From: Octopus vulgaris
Lineage: Eukaryota
Assembly (NCBI GenBank): GCA_951406725.2
Contig: OX597818.1
Location: 11,966,001 to 12,030,000, forward strand
Direction of reading: 5' to 3'
DNA: 64,000 bases
The notes beneath the pieces were generated by a model. The model made no database searches. It saw nothing but the letters and a program-made list of their open reading frames with translations, and was not told the DNA's origin. The translations under genes were made by a program, and so were the position numbers. Positions 1 through 13,380 of the stretch are shown piece by piece. Every line of letters starts with the position of its first letter. The stretch's first letter is position 1.

Positions 1-609
1 GTTATCATGAATTAACTACTGAATTTTTTTTTATTTATTAACACTGACTCCTTTCATTAGAGAATAAATAATAAGACTACATCCACACTTTCAACCAACA
101 TGAAGTACTATGGACAACAAGCAGCAAAACTAATTAAATTAATTCCATATTTGAATATATATATTTCTTTACTACCCACAAGGGGCTAAACACAGAGGAG
201 ACAAACAAAGACAGACAAAGGGATTAAGTCGATTACATCGACCCCAGAGCGTAAATGGTACTTAATTTATCGACCCAGAAAGGATGAAAGGCAAGGTCGA
301 CCTCGGCGGAATTTGAACTCACAATGTAACGGCAGACGAAATACGGCTACACCCGGTGTGCTAACGTTTCTGCCAGCTCGCTGCCTCCATATTTGAATAT
401 ATAATTAACACAAATGTTGCTGTGTGGTAAGAAGTTTGCTTTTGAAATACATGGTTCTGGGTTCAGTCCCATTGCATTGGCTCTTTGGCCTTGTGAATGG
501 ATTTTGTAGGCAGAAACTGAAAGAAACGTCTATCCATCTCTATGTCTATATCTTATTTATCTATCTATATCTATCTTGTCTAGCTAGCTCTCTCTCTCCC
601 TCTCTCTAT

Positions 610-1540
610 ATCTCACTCACACTCTATAGTTTTCACTTCCATTTTTCAGATGCTGTTGTTTTCACTGTAAGTTTTCAATCGCTATTTACAAATGGCAAAT
701 TACTGACAGAAAGAAGTTCACAATTACTGATGAAAGTAATTTCATACATAATTTACTGACAGAAGTAACTTCATAAATTTCACTTAAATCTATACACTTA
801 GTTAATTTATCTAAAACAGCTGACAAGGAATAGGATATCCACTGCAGAATGAAGAGCAGTTGCAACAGCTCAGAGAAGCAACTTCTATGAAGCAGCTTTC
901 AACTATGATCCAGCAGTTCATTATGCAGATGAGTTTCTATTGGTGCAATGACAACTGAGTGCATACATTGTAAAGCAAGGAAGTGACCTGGAGAGACACC
1001 TGCACTGTGCTGCAGTGGTGGAAAGGTTAAACTCCCTGCTATCCCCCAACCTCCACAGCCATTGAAGAAACTGTTGTCATCAACTGGCCAAGATTCCAAG
1101 CACTTCCAAAACAAAATGAGACAATACAATGCTGCACTACAGATGACATCATTTGGAGCCACAAAAGATTTAACTGAGCCAAGATTCATGCAAACTTTCA
1201 AGATCCAAGGTCAGATTTATCATTGGATTGGCTACCTCTATCAAATGAATCACCAAAATCTGACTTTCATTGTTTATAATCTGTACCTGTTTTTTTTGTT
1301 AGAAAATAAGCTACACAAAATGTGTTTTTGAATTATGTGTATTTACTTTATATACATATCTAAGTTGAAAACTTTCTTTTAACATTTCACTTAACGTCTA
1401 TGTTCCATGCTGGTATTGGGTTGGAGAGTTATTAAGTTGGTGTCTGAACTACTAGCAGTTGAGACCTGCGTAATCTAGATAGCATTTTAAAATTTCATTA
1501 TTCTGTGTAACCCAGGCAATGCCGAGTATATCTGCCAGTA
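610..1540 (+). mobile_element. Internally deleted Helitron remnant
   Basis: CIHCKA..PGETPALCCSGGKV.LP, HFQNKMRQYNAALQMTSFGA, FKIQGQIYH.IG match the Helitron RepHel N-terminal region. Decayed 3' hairpin and CTAG-like end cccaggcaatgccgagtatatctgccagt at ~1511-1539. The 5' boundary is uncertain. Confidence 0.8.
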
Positions 1541-1582
1541 TATGCATATATATGTATAAACATACACATATATATGCATATA

Positions 1583-2246
1583 CGAAGTCTGATCAATAAG
1601 TATCCAGACTGTTGTCAGAGTAACAAAGCTAAAGCATGCAGAGTGAAGCCACTTGGCAAAAATTTATCTTAAACTAACATTCTAGTTCACTTCCACTGTT
1701 TGCAGCAGTGCTTAGTAGGAAGGTGTGTAGTGTGTGATCATCACATTGACAAAGACAGAGAAAGTTGTCATGGCAATACCTGATCAGTGGCCTACACAAA
1801 GTAGCAGAAAGTGTATGGAGAGGAGTGTATGAGTTATCAGAGGATGTGCAGATTAGTTATGGTTCAGTTCAGTCCATTATCACTGAAGATTTGGGTATGA
1901 GACACGAGTCTGCCAAAACTGCTTTCAGCTGACCAAAAAGACACTAGAGTTTTAGATGCACAAGATCTCCTTGATTGTGTCGAGAATGATGAAAACTTTT
2001 TGAAAACTTTGCGTAGCCTCTGAGCAGGTATCGCCAACTGTTTCGCAAAATATAATGCAGATTCTCTGCTCAACTTTCTCTGTTAATGGTCAATGTGATG
2101 ATCACACATTCCTTCCAAACACTGCTGTAAAACTTAGAGCGCATGCACATCAGAGTTTAAGGTCAATATGTGCCAAGGGACTTCACTCTGCATGCCTTAG
2201 CTTCAATACTATGGCAACAGTCTGGATACTTACTGATCAGACCATG
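1583..2246 (+). mobile_element. Non-autonomous mariner element
   Basis: TIRs cgaagtctgatcaataagtatccagactgttg / caacagtctggatacttactgatcagaccatg with flanking TA. Internal HTH remnant ELSEDVQISYGSVQSIITEDLGMR. Confidence 0.85.
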
Positions 2247-2319
2247 TATTTGTATAAACAAACAATATATATGAATATATATATATATATATACATATGT
2301 ATATACATATATATATGCA

Positions 2320-2356
<37 letters not shown>

Positions 2357-2877
2357 GCATATACATACACATGCACATATGTATACACATATTCATATAT
2401 GCATATAAATATACACACATATATGCATATATATGTATACACATATTCATATATGCATATAAATATACACACATATATGCATATATATGTATAAACATGC
2501 ATATATATGTATATATGTAAAAACATATGCAAGCATATATATATATATAAACATAGATATGTATATGCATGCATATACATATGTATGTTTATATATATTT
2601 TTATACTTATTGATCAGATTTCGTATATGCATATATATGTGTATAAACATACACAGATATATGCATATACTAGCAGATATACCCAGCATTGCCTGGGTTA
2701 CAGAGAATAAAGAAATTTTAAAATGCCGTCTAGACTATGGATGATTAAATTGCAACAGGTATATAGCCCATTGTCTGTATTATAGTGCATTGTTGTACCA
2801 ATCAAAACTTTATTCTTTACAAATACACAATGCTTCAAGTGAACTATAATACTCTCCACATATATATATATATATAA

Positions 2878-2929
<52 letters not shown>

Positions 2930-2975
2930 ACACACATATGCGTATATATATATATATATAAACACACACATATGC

Positions 2976-3058
<83 letters not shown>

Positions 3059-3321
3059 TGCATGTGTGTATATATATATATATATAATCATCATCGGTTA
3101 ACGTCCGCTTTCCATGCTGGCATGCGTTGGACGGTTTGACTGGGGACTGATGAGCCAGAGGGCAGCACCAGGTTCCAATCTGATCTGGCAGAGTTTCTAC
3201 AACTGGATGCCCTTCCTAACACCAACCACTCCAAGAGTGTAAATGGGTGCTTTTACATGCCACCAGCACAAGGGCCAGTCAGGCGGTACTGGCAACGGCC
3301 ATGCTCAAATGGTGTTTTTAC

Positions 3322-3363
<42 letters not shown>

Positions 3364-3561
3364 AAGCGAGTAGCCACATCAAAGTGGTAGTTGAATGCTA
3401 CTACTATTTTAACCCAGGCAGATTCTCTGCCAGCTGGTTTTCAGTGAAATCTCTGCACCCTTTACATACAATACATTGCTAGCAAGGGGAGTGAACCCCT
3501 ACTACCCTCCAGCATACCTATATATGCACATATATATTTATATATATATTATATAAACATA

Positions 3562-3612
<51 letters not shown>

Positions 3613-3879
3613 ACTACATATGTGGGAAATTCTGCCTGTGGGTGTGTTTGTTTGTGGAGTTGTTAGCTACCTCCTCCTCCTCCTCCATCATTTTATTGAT
3701 TTTGATGAAACTTGACACTTGAGTAGAACTCCTGTCTGGAAACCTCGTGATATACTTAGATTGTTGAAAAATCGATAATAGGGCCCCTGGAAGGGATCCT
3801 TATATCTACTACATATAACTAATACATTTTATTTAAACACTCAAAGGAAATAACCCATAGCATATGCACAGTGCTGTTC

Positions 3880-4175
3880 TGCAGGACCAGTCTGAGCTTA
3901 AGCACTCTATTGCATACCCTGACAACCTGTATGACCTTATCTACCCATTTCTCCACAAGGAGTATGCTTACACTCCCCCACTCCATCCATGTTATCTTGC
4001 CAGAATATTTTGTACCTATGTTCCTTGCCTGTGAGGACCCTAGCTGAAGCCCCTCTCCATCTTACCTCTTGTATGTAGCATACATCGACACGTCTCCTTT
4101 CAAGCATCTCTACAATCTCACTAGGCCTACCTTTCAGTATGCCTACATTGACTGTGCCAACTCTGAAAACTGGGA
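3880..4175 (-). mobile_element. RTE-like LINE APE endonuclease fragment
   Basis: VGTVNVGILKGR..EIVEMLERRRVDVCYIQEVRWRG..Y.IFW in ORF 3937-4263. Confidence 0.8.
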
Positions 4176-5010
4176 AAGGAATGTGGGGTGAGGCTTGGGG
4201 AGGAGAGATGTTATTCAGTACCTGAAAAGAAGTGGGAGGTTGTCGTGTTCGTTTTTTATGCATGGTTCATCTGTTCTCACTTCTGACCGGACATGATTGA
4301 AACATTCAAGCATGTTAGGATTAAGATTGTTGCCTCTACTAGCGGTAGGATTATGTGTTTTAGGTGTTAGCGGTATTGTGAGTATAAGCATTATGATCAT
4401 CGTAAGAGGTGGGAGGTGATTTCAGACAGAGAGAGAGGAAGCAAGTTCATCCATACATACAAACAAGCACGCACGCACACAGACAGAGGCGAACAAGCAC
4501 ACACGTACAGCCCATTAGCTGTCTCCTTCACTTGATATGTGGATGGAAAAATCACTGGGTAGTTGTTGGAATATTTCTAGATGGGACAAAACGAAACAAA
4601 GGGTAGTTGGTTAAGTAGGTGGGCAGCTAACCTGGTTGCATTTTTCAGGGAGAGAGTGGGGGTGCAGGTAGTATAGAGAACAGCACCAGAGAGGAAGGGA
4701 GATTGAGAGAAGAGACATCTGGTAATGGTGGTGAGAAATTGCTAGACAGAATGAAACAAAATGAGGGGCAACTGAGTTAGTTGCATTTGTCCCAGGAGAG
4801 AGAGAGAAAGGGTCCTTCCTCTCTCTCTCCTGGGACATATGCAACTAACTCAGTTGCCCTTCGTTTCGTTTACCCCGATCTTCTCCCTCCACCAACACCG
4901 GATATCTCTCTCTCCTCCCACCACCATTACCTGATGTCTCTTCTCTCCACTGCTCCTCCTTACTGGACTGTTCTCTATATATATATTTACACTTTGGGTA
5001 AATATATAAA

Positions 5011-5480
5011 CATCATCATCATCATCATCGTCGTTTAACGTCCGTTCTCCATGCTAGCATGGGTTGGACGGTTCGACCGGGGATCTGGGAAGCCAGAAGG
5101 CTGCACCAGGCTCCAGTCTTATCTGGCAGTGTTTCTACAGCTGGATGCCCTTCCTAACGCCAACCACTCCGTGAGTGTAGTGGGTGCTTTTTACGTGCCA
5201 CCTGCACAGGTGCCAGGCGAGGCTGGCAACAGCCACGGTCGGATTGGTGTATTTTATGTGCCACCGGCACGGAAGCCAGACGAGGCGGTGCTGGCATCGG
5301 CTACGAGTCGGATGGTGCTTTTTACGTACCACCAGCCTAGGGATCCTGGCTGGTTCAATTCGATTTCGATTTCGCTTGCCCCAACATGTCTTCGCAAGCA
5401 AGGGGGTTGGCATGGGTGCCTGTTGTACGGTCCGATTGGTGTATTTTACGTGCCACCGGCACGGAAGCCAGTGGAGGCAG
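5011..5480 (-). mobile_element. (GAT)n-tailed retroposon 3' end (RTE-related or SINE); also ~3088-3320, 5726-5980, 21595-21700, 23170-23350
   Basis: (cat)n-cgtttaacgtccg..ttccatgct.gcatgggttggacgg ... ctggatgcccttcctaacgccaaccac recurs. Confidence 0.8.
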
Positions 5481-5724
5481 CACATACCCACTCTATTGAC
5501 AGACATACGAGTGCATCTTTTTCCTGACTTATGGACTTTTAGACAACTTGTTGGTCTCAAGAAGCTGCGGATTTGCACCTGAAGAAATAGTATTAGCTGC
5601 TGATGGTGGTGCAGCGTTTGTTGTGACTGTACAAGCCCACACAGGAGTAGCAGTCATGCATACAGTGACTACATTTGAAGACACTCTCTGCCGGCACGTC
5701 TGTGAAGTGTGCTTTTCTTTGTAT

Positions 5725-5760
<36 letters not shown>

Positions 5761-6933
5761 GTTTAACGTCCGTTTTCCGCGCTAGCACGGGTTGGACGGT
5801 TTCGACCGGGGTCTGGGGAGCTCGGGACTGCCCCAGGCTCCAGTCTAGTCTGGCAGTGTTTCTACAGCTGGATGCCCTTCCTAACGCCAACCACTCCGCG
5901 AGTGTAGTGGGTGCTTTTTACGTGCCACCTGCACAGATGCCAGAGGGGTCTGGCATCGGCCACGTTCGGATGGTGCTTTTTATGGGGGGGGGGTGCAGAA
6001 ATATAGGGGAGCACCAGTGGGGAGGGGTGGTTCAGAGAAATGATGACAGGTTCTAGGCAAGTAGAACGTAGGATATCGAGAGAGGGGTAATGCATGGTGA
6101 AATAGCGTATTGAAGAGGGGCGTTCGAAGAGTAGACACCTATAATGGTGGTGGGAGAAGCGACATCCGGTATAGATGGAGCAAAATATAGAGATATCCGG
6201 TATTGGTGGTGGGGGTGGGATATATATATACACACACACACACATCAAGCTTATTTCAGTTTCTGTCTACTAAATCCACTCACAAGGCTTTGGTTGGCCC
6301 GAGACTATAGTAGAAGGTACTTGCCCAAGGTGCTATGCAGTGGGACTGAACCCGGAACCATGTGGTTGGGAAGCAAGCTACATGTATGATTAATCAAAAC
6401 AGAACTAACACACACAAAGATACACTTCATTGTAAACAATAACTTAATGATCTAACAGACTTTACAGAAAACTTAATATTGGCAAGTGTCCTAGGTGAAT
6501 TTCTACTCCAGAAACTCATTTCTATTACACTGCAATTAATCCATTTCACTTTTCAGTAACTGAAAAACAAATCCTAGTTCATAGAAGAAAAATATAACTT
6601 AAAAGTTACTTAGTGAACTGTTTTAAAAAAGGTAGATGTTTGTTTAGAGCAGTGGGTTCAGGGTCTATATAAATTTCTTTTGGGAAGTTCACATAAGCAA
6701 ATTAGTAAACTGGGGTCCACAGTATTATTGTAAGGGTCCATGACAAAATTTTGCTTTAGATGTATTTATTGCAAGAAACAGGTTTCTTCGTTTGACTTTT
6801 ACATAATTCAAGTTACACAAGTTAGTGTGTGCTAAACCGAATAATAATTTTGGAAGAAGTATCCATAAAATTAGTTTTTAAACATCAAATGGCTATGGGG
6901 GTCCACCAGAATAGAATAGTAACTGAAGGGGGC

Positions 6934-6981
<48 letters not shown>

Positions 6982-8186
6982 CTGTCCTGGATATTCATGT
7001 GTATAAATGTCATATTTATAAATCCTGAGATTACCTGCTCACAGGAATTTGGCTAAACCAATTTAGAATTAAAAATAAAGTTATTATGACTTAGTGTCAA
7101 TACATTTTAATGTAGTACTTAGTCTGACAAAAGGCATTTTGTTTCAGCCTAAGAAACATCAAGGACTAATTAATTAGGGAAGTGGAAAGCCTTATATGGC
7201 TTGAAATTGGGGGACCTTATATAGCTTACAGTGTGGATAGCAGTAGTAGTGATGGAATAAAAGGAAATATGCCACAGAAAATGGATAGAATGGCAGTAGA
7301 GTTGATAATTGTAGTAATAAGAGTAGTGAGGATGGAGATAATGAAGGTCATGGTGATCAAAGAGATGATGACAGCAATGTTAATGATAACAATGAAAATA
7401 GAAAGAGAGCTATATAAAAAATGGAGTGGTCATGATGGTGATGAAGATGGTGGTAATACAGTGATGGTGATTTTTTTGTTTGTTTCTTTTGTTTTTTAAT
7501 TTCCATTTGCTATTAGAAGGCTCAGGCTGAGCCTACCTCTTAAATTTTGAGAAATCATCTCTGACAATGAAGGGGTTTGTAAATATCAATTGTAGGTAAA
7601 ACTGGGATCAGGAATCATTTTAAGATATTTGTCAAGTCCCAAGTTTTTGTGTGAAGAAGCATAGTCTCAAAATTACAGACTTCTTTTGGCATTATGCTAA
7701 TTATTTTCAGACCTCTGATTTGAAATGAATTTTCTCTCGGAGTCTAGGCTTTATTTTTTGAGCAACTGGTGTTCAATGGAAGAATTTTGCAAAATTTTCT
7801 TTCTCATTCATCATTGTTCTACAATTATAGTTTTTGTCATGTTTGGTTTTAGGTGTTGCAAGATTCTCCAAAAATATAGAATGCTACATATCTTTCTTCT
7901 TAGTTTTACCGAGTACGTCTTTCAATCAGTTCCATTAAACTTTGCCTTCCAGAAAATGGATTATAGATGTCACTAATCTCAGCACAGTTTGAAAATCACT
8001 ATATCTTTTTTTAATGTTAGAATTATTAACACTGAGTTGTATTCTATCAGGGATAGAATTATACTTTGGTACAACGTCATTCTTGTGATTCTTCTTGATT
8101 AAAGGCTTTTAGCAACCATGATGATGGTAGTGACGACGATAATTGTAGAGAAGTTGTATGACACCCATAAACACAAAAACACGTGA

Positions 8187-8240
<54 letters not shown>

Positions 8241-8361
8241 GTTCATATATTTGTTGTGCAAGATTTTTTATGTGAAGTCGTGTGTTAAAACAGATATTGT
8301 TATATTTCGGAATGGTCATTTTGCCAGTTTTTATTGGTTAAACTGGCAAAATGACCATTCC

Positions 8362-8402
<41 letters not shown>

Positions 8403-9598
8403 CAAATACACGGATGTGTGCGTAATAGATATACACTTTACAGTCTATACAACTGCATCATAGAAATTTGCATAAACTTAATCTTCACATGTGCAAGTGA
8501 CTATGCAGATAAACAAAAAAGTGAGAGTACGGATTCAGCTGTCAATGAGTTAATGCAACATGTGTAAATACGCGCGCGTGTATATATGTAGATAGATAGA
8601 TAGATAAGAGAGGGTTAAAAACAAAACATGACACGTTAAAGAATAAATATCTCCATCACAGTAAATTCCTACGACAGTGGAGAGAGCCTACGTGTGTTCG
8701 CTTCACATTACAGATATGACTGGTTGCTGAATCTGGATATGGTAACGAAAGACCCCTATTATAAATATACCTAAGTGACTAGGATACATGCCCTGGTTTT
8801 TGTTGATAGGTCTGCTTTTATTAAGACTGACTACAGGCTAAATAACAACTGGGCCAATAGAAATGAATAAAGAAGAAAACTTGAGTAAATCTGTCTTTGG
8901 TGGGTGTTTCCCAAGAATGTATTTGTAACTCAATATCAAGTATCCATATTAAGAAAGCTGACAAAAAATTTTTAGCGTCATCTGCGAAGTTGTTAACTAA
9001 ATTACCATCTATCCCCAATTCGCATGATGTCCTCAATATTGTTTACTTATTTGTATTGTATTTATTTTATTAAAGCTGACAGGTAAAAACTGAGCTTTGA
9101 ATTCGCCTGTGACACATTACTGTCAATAACTTTTGTCGCTCGCCAGTATTTTATTCATTATTTACTAGTAACCCCCACCACCACACGCCCGGTTTGTTTT
9201 GAGTGTACTTTTCATACATTAAACTGAATTATATATGAAGATAGAAGGATATCTATAAGGAGTAATTATTAAACACATGTAAAGATTTGATTAAATGAAT
9301 AAAACTTTCGAAAAAACTTCCAGTAGATAGATTAAATATATCACAGTTTTGTAAGAAGATGTGTTCGGACAGGCAAGTCTGTATACAAACTTTATCAGCA
9401 TCGGCTATTAGACATCTTATAGAAATACGCATGTACTTGAATTAATGTCAACTCACCCAGCCACTACCGACAAGCAAGTTAACTGTTTTTTTAATTGTAT
9501 GGCTTTGTTTTGCTATTTAGATAATTGAAATTGAGACATCTTCACTTACCATTATGCTAGCGGTTGTTGATAAAAGTTCCTCCTTGAAAACATCAAAT

Positions 9599-9630
9599 GT
9601 CACGTGACCAAACACGGATACGGAAATGTG
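9599..9630. promoter_or_regulatory. Candidate promoter: palindromic E-box GTCACGTGAC plus ETS-like CGGAAA
   Basis: GTCACGTGAC at 9599-9608 and cggaaatg at 9621, ~50 bp upstream of a minus-strand ATG|gtaagt (9552-9544). Confidence 0.45.
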
Positions 9631-9919
9631 ATTTAATTTTCAGGGTGAACGATAGAAAGAAACGAAATATCTAATATGAGAAGTATGGAAGTGCAAAACG
9701 GTCAGAATCAGTACAAGAATGTCAATGCAAATGAATTTATGTGTATTGAAACCGAAATAATTACATCATGAGAAGAGTCATAATAGTTGTCTTATATTTA
9801 CATATGTACACAATGAAAAATTTTTATTATCTCAACTACCATAATAATTACATATATAACACGTACGTATATGATACATAAATAATACAAAATCACATTA
9901 AAACACAAATTTAAAACCA

Positions 9920-10900
9920 AAAGAAACACAAATATGAACGAAGAAATAAAGAAACAGAGGAAAAAGGAAAAGAAAGAAAAGGAAACATCAAGTTAACATC
10001 AAGTGCCTCAACTGGTCGCACACCACAAGTTTCAACAGAACCTATTGAAGTAAGCCAATACGCTCGCGACATTACCCCGGGGGATGGCGAGGCCAGGGCC
10101 TTGGAACAGCCAAGCACCCTCACGTGTATCGTCTGGCAGCCGTCAATGATGACAAGAACTTCGCTGTCAACGACCCAGCCTCTCCAAACGTCTCGAACAG
10201 GCTGGAAGAAATGGTTCATTGACAAGTCCCAATATTTAAGGATTTTGTTCCGTTCGGCTACGGAAGCAGTGATCTTCCCATTCATCGCAGCATCCACGAT
10301 GTAGAAGGGAGCAAAGGAGTCACAGAGTGTGGATTCCCAGATGAAGGACTCTTACCCAAGGACAAAGAGTAAGACCATCTAGTCTCATCCCATCAATTCT
10401 GGATAACCCTGCCGGCTCCAGAACTGGGGATATTAACCCGAACCAGGGCATGCTTAATAAGGTTAGCTCGGGGTGACGAGCGAAAGAACCAGCATTTAAG
10501 CGGTTAGACAAACCATGAAGGCCTGTGGAGTCGAGGGGTCTACCACAGCGACATCTCAGTGCCCCACGGGCGTCGGATCCCACTCAGAGTGCAATGGAGA
10601 TGCAGAGTTCATCCAGATTGAGTAGACTCCCAATGTTGGTCACAGGCAGGGCATCAATCCAGTCCCCCGAAAATTTCGCACTTGCAGAAAGTAGACGATA
10701 TCTTGAAAATTGATCAGATTGATCAAAGAGGGAGTTCAAAATAGCACCCGAGTGCACATTGTCCCGTATTCTCTGCTTCCGTCTACCCGTAAGTGTATTA
10801 GAAACTGATAAACTGAGCTCTCTCCACTACAGCAGAGCTTCATTCTCCTCCCTGTCAGAACTAGTTCATGTTATGCTGGGAAAGAGAGGCTGTTGCCTAC
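9920..10900 (-). mobile_element. Degenerate non-LTR retrotransposon with restriction-like endonuclease (CRE-like)
   Basis: C.CG..D..G.H finger, ARH, LEPAGLSR.DG.R.DGLTL.PW, AE..K..KY..L...FFQPV, split across frames. Confidence 0.75.
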
Positions 10901-11764
10901 CAAAGGGGAGCAAGCGTGACACTATTATTATGTATGTACGAATCAGGATGCAATTACACCCCCATATTCAGGCCAAACCAAAAAATTTCGGATAAAACAA
11001 AAGAAAATGAAGTTAGACACAGAAAGCAAAAATGCTAACAAAATAACAATAGTGGCAAGTTAATTGCCATTTAACAGTCAATCAAGATTTTTGAGAGGTA
11101 CAATCTTCTTAAATCTGTCCCCTGTTGTCAAGCGCTCACAGCCCCACCAATCGGGCAGAACAACCGGTGGAAATTCATATTGGCATTTCATAGAGAGCTA
11201 ATGGCGGGCAAAAGGATAACGTTCTCAGGAGCACTGAACGTCACTGGTTAATTTGTCCCAGAGGATTTTAGGGCCAGGACCCATGGATAATTTTCAGATA
11301 TCTCAAGAATCGCTGATTAGATTTTGGAATCGATCTGGTACCGGACAAAGATTCTGGATCATTTGTTATATCTACTTTACTTTACTTGATTACGATCTTA
11401 CGCTCACTTTCAAGTCTTTCTCAATTATCTCCCTTTAGGCTGTTTCCAAAGTTTTATTTTCATTTCTCTATTATTAATTTTACTTGCGTCTCTGTCTTTG
11501 TAGAAACTGATGGATAAAGAAATCAAACTACATAAACAAACGGTAACAAACCCGTTCAGAAATTAAATAACACTAACATATTTTTATAATATATATATTA
11601 TATATTGTACATACATATTAACACTTTACAGTATACGTGCATATAGACATACATCTATAGATCGATCTAAAACAACAGGAATTCTTAAATTCCAGCCTTC
11701 CTTTAGGTAGGCTGGAATTTAAGAGAAGAGAAAACCAAAAGGTCTCATGCTATTCATTACTTAA

Positions 11765-12125
11765 TTTTTGAGAGCGGTCGAGTTCATTTTCAGTATTCTC
11801 GTTTTCAGTGGTGCTTGTTTGTCTGTGGACAAGATATCTCAAGAACCGCTGGATGGATTCAGATGACACTTTCAGGGATGCTTGGCCTCGTGGCTGACAC
11901 GAACTGATTAGATTTTGGGATCGATTCGGTACCGGATTAAGATTCTGGATTATTTTACCTGCTTTTTTTTTTAATTTTGAGAGCGGTCTGGTTCATTTTT
12001 AGTATTCTTGTTTGTGAGAGCAGTCGAGTTTATTTCAGATATTCTCATTTTAAAAATCATCTCTGGCTAATTGTTGAGAGGACGTTGGTTTTGCCTTGGC
12101 AGAGGTTTGCGCTCTCTGAGTACTT
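11765..12125 (+). mobile_element. Helitron/Helentron-like non-autonomous repeat; partial copy at ~11295-11365
   Basis: Internal ~55-bp subrepeats (gagagcggtc.g.ttcattttt.agtattct). Terminal ttggcagaggtttgcgctctctgagtac hairpin. Confidence 0.45.
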
Positions 12126-12126
12126 T

Positions 12127-12176
12127 CATCATCATCATCATCATCATCATCATCGTCATCGTCATCGTCATCGTCG

Positions 12177-12219
<43 letters not shown>

Positions 12220-12254
12220 TATTATTATTATTATTATCATTATTATTATTATTA
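12127..12254. repeat. (CAT/CGT)n then (TAT)n compound microsatellite
   Basis: Direct reading. Confidence 0.95.
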
Positions 12255-12487
12255 AGGCGGCGAGCTGGCTGAGTTGTTAGAACGCCGGGCAAAATACTTA
12301 GCGGCATTTCGCCCGTCCTTATGTACTGAGTTCAAATTCTGCCAAGGTCGACTTTGCCTTTTATCTTTTCGAGGTCGATAAATTAAGTACTAGTGAAACA
12401 GTGAGATCGATGTAATTGACTAGCCCCTCCCTACAACTTTCAGGCCTTGTACTTTAGGAGAAAGGATTATTATTATTATTATTATTA

Positions 12488-13325
12488 TTTTTTTTTTTTT
12501 TCTTCTTTCAAATTTGCTTCCATTTCTTGCCGAGTGTCTTCCCGACTCCTAGGGCAAAGAAACTCATAGCATACATTGGTAGGCCATTAAACCAAACTCA
12601 GTAGTTCGTTCATTTTTTTTTTTTTTTAAATTTAAATTAAAATACATGAGCAGCAACAGTTCTCACATCGACAATGCTCTTCTCAATACGTGTGATGTAC
12701 CAGTTAAGACAATCTTTTGCACTTCTTGCAGGGATGGTAAGCCAGGGATCATTCTCATATAATTTTCGGTTCCCTTCTTGATCATTCCTAGTGCTCCTAC
12801 GATCACTGGTATTGTAACCGCCTTGAGATGCCACATTTTCTCAATTTCAATGAGTAGGTCTTTATATTTTCTGAGCTTGTCAAACTCTTTCGCTGAGATA
12901 TTATGATCACAGGGGATGCTCATGTCGATCAATAAGCAAACTTTATTGTTTTGGTCTTTCACAACAATATCTGGTTTATTGGCCTTGATGGTTCGGTCTG
13001 TATGTACTGGAAAGTCCCACAGAATCGTTACATTTTCTCCTTCAGTTACAGCCTCAGGGTGGTGATTATACCACTTGTCGGCAGTTTTGATATTGTAATG
13101 CCGACTTATTAGCCAGTGTAGATATTGGCCAACTCTGTCATGTCTTAATTTATACTCCACTGGTACTAAGACTTTACATCCAGAGATTAGGTGGTCCACT
13201 GTTTCAATCATGTCGTTGCAGAATCGGCATTTTGGGTCTGCTCCATTTTTCATCACATTGGCCTGGTAGTTCCGGGTTAATAGGCTTTGATCTTGAGCAG
13301 CCAGGATGAAACCTTCGCTTTCTGC

Positions 13326-13326
<1 letters not shown>
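12488..13326 (-). mobile_element. 3' fragment of an R4/Dong-clade non-LTR retrotransposon inserted in (TAA)n
   Basis: AAQDQSL.TRNY, CCHC finger CRFC..ETVDHLISGC, RHD and restriction-like endonuclease KPDIVV..LID..K..KY. Poly(A) appears as a T-run at ~12488-12501. (TTA)n on both sides. Confidence 0.9.

Positions 13327-13380
<54 letters not shown>

Noticed and set aside
11977-12307. Poly-His/Asp/Ile ORFs (also poly-Gly/Thr at 63439-63723)
   Set aside because: Trinucleotide microsatellite translations with no splice or homology support.
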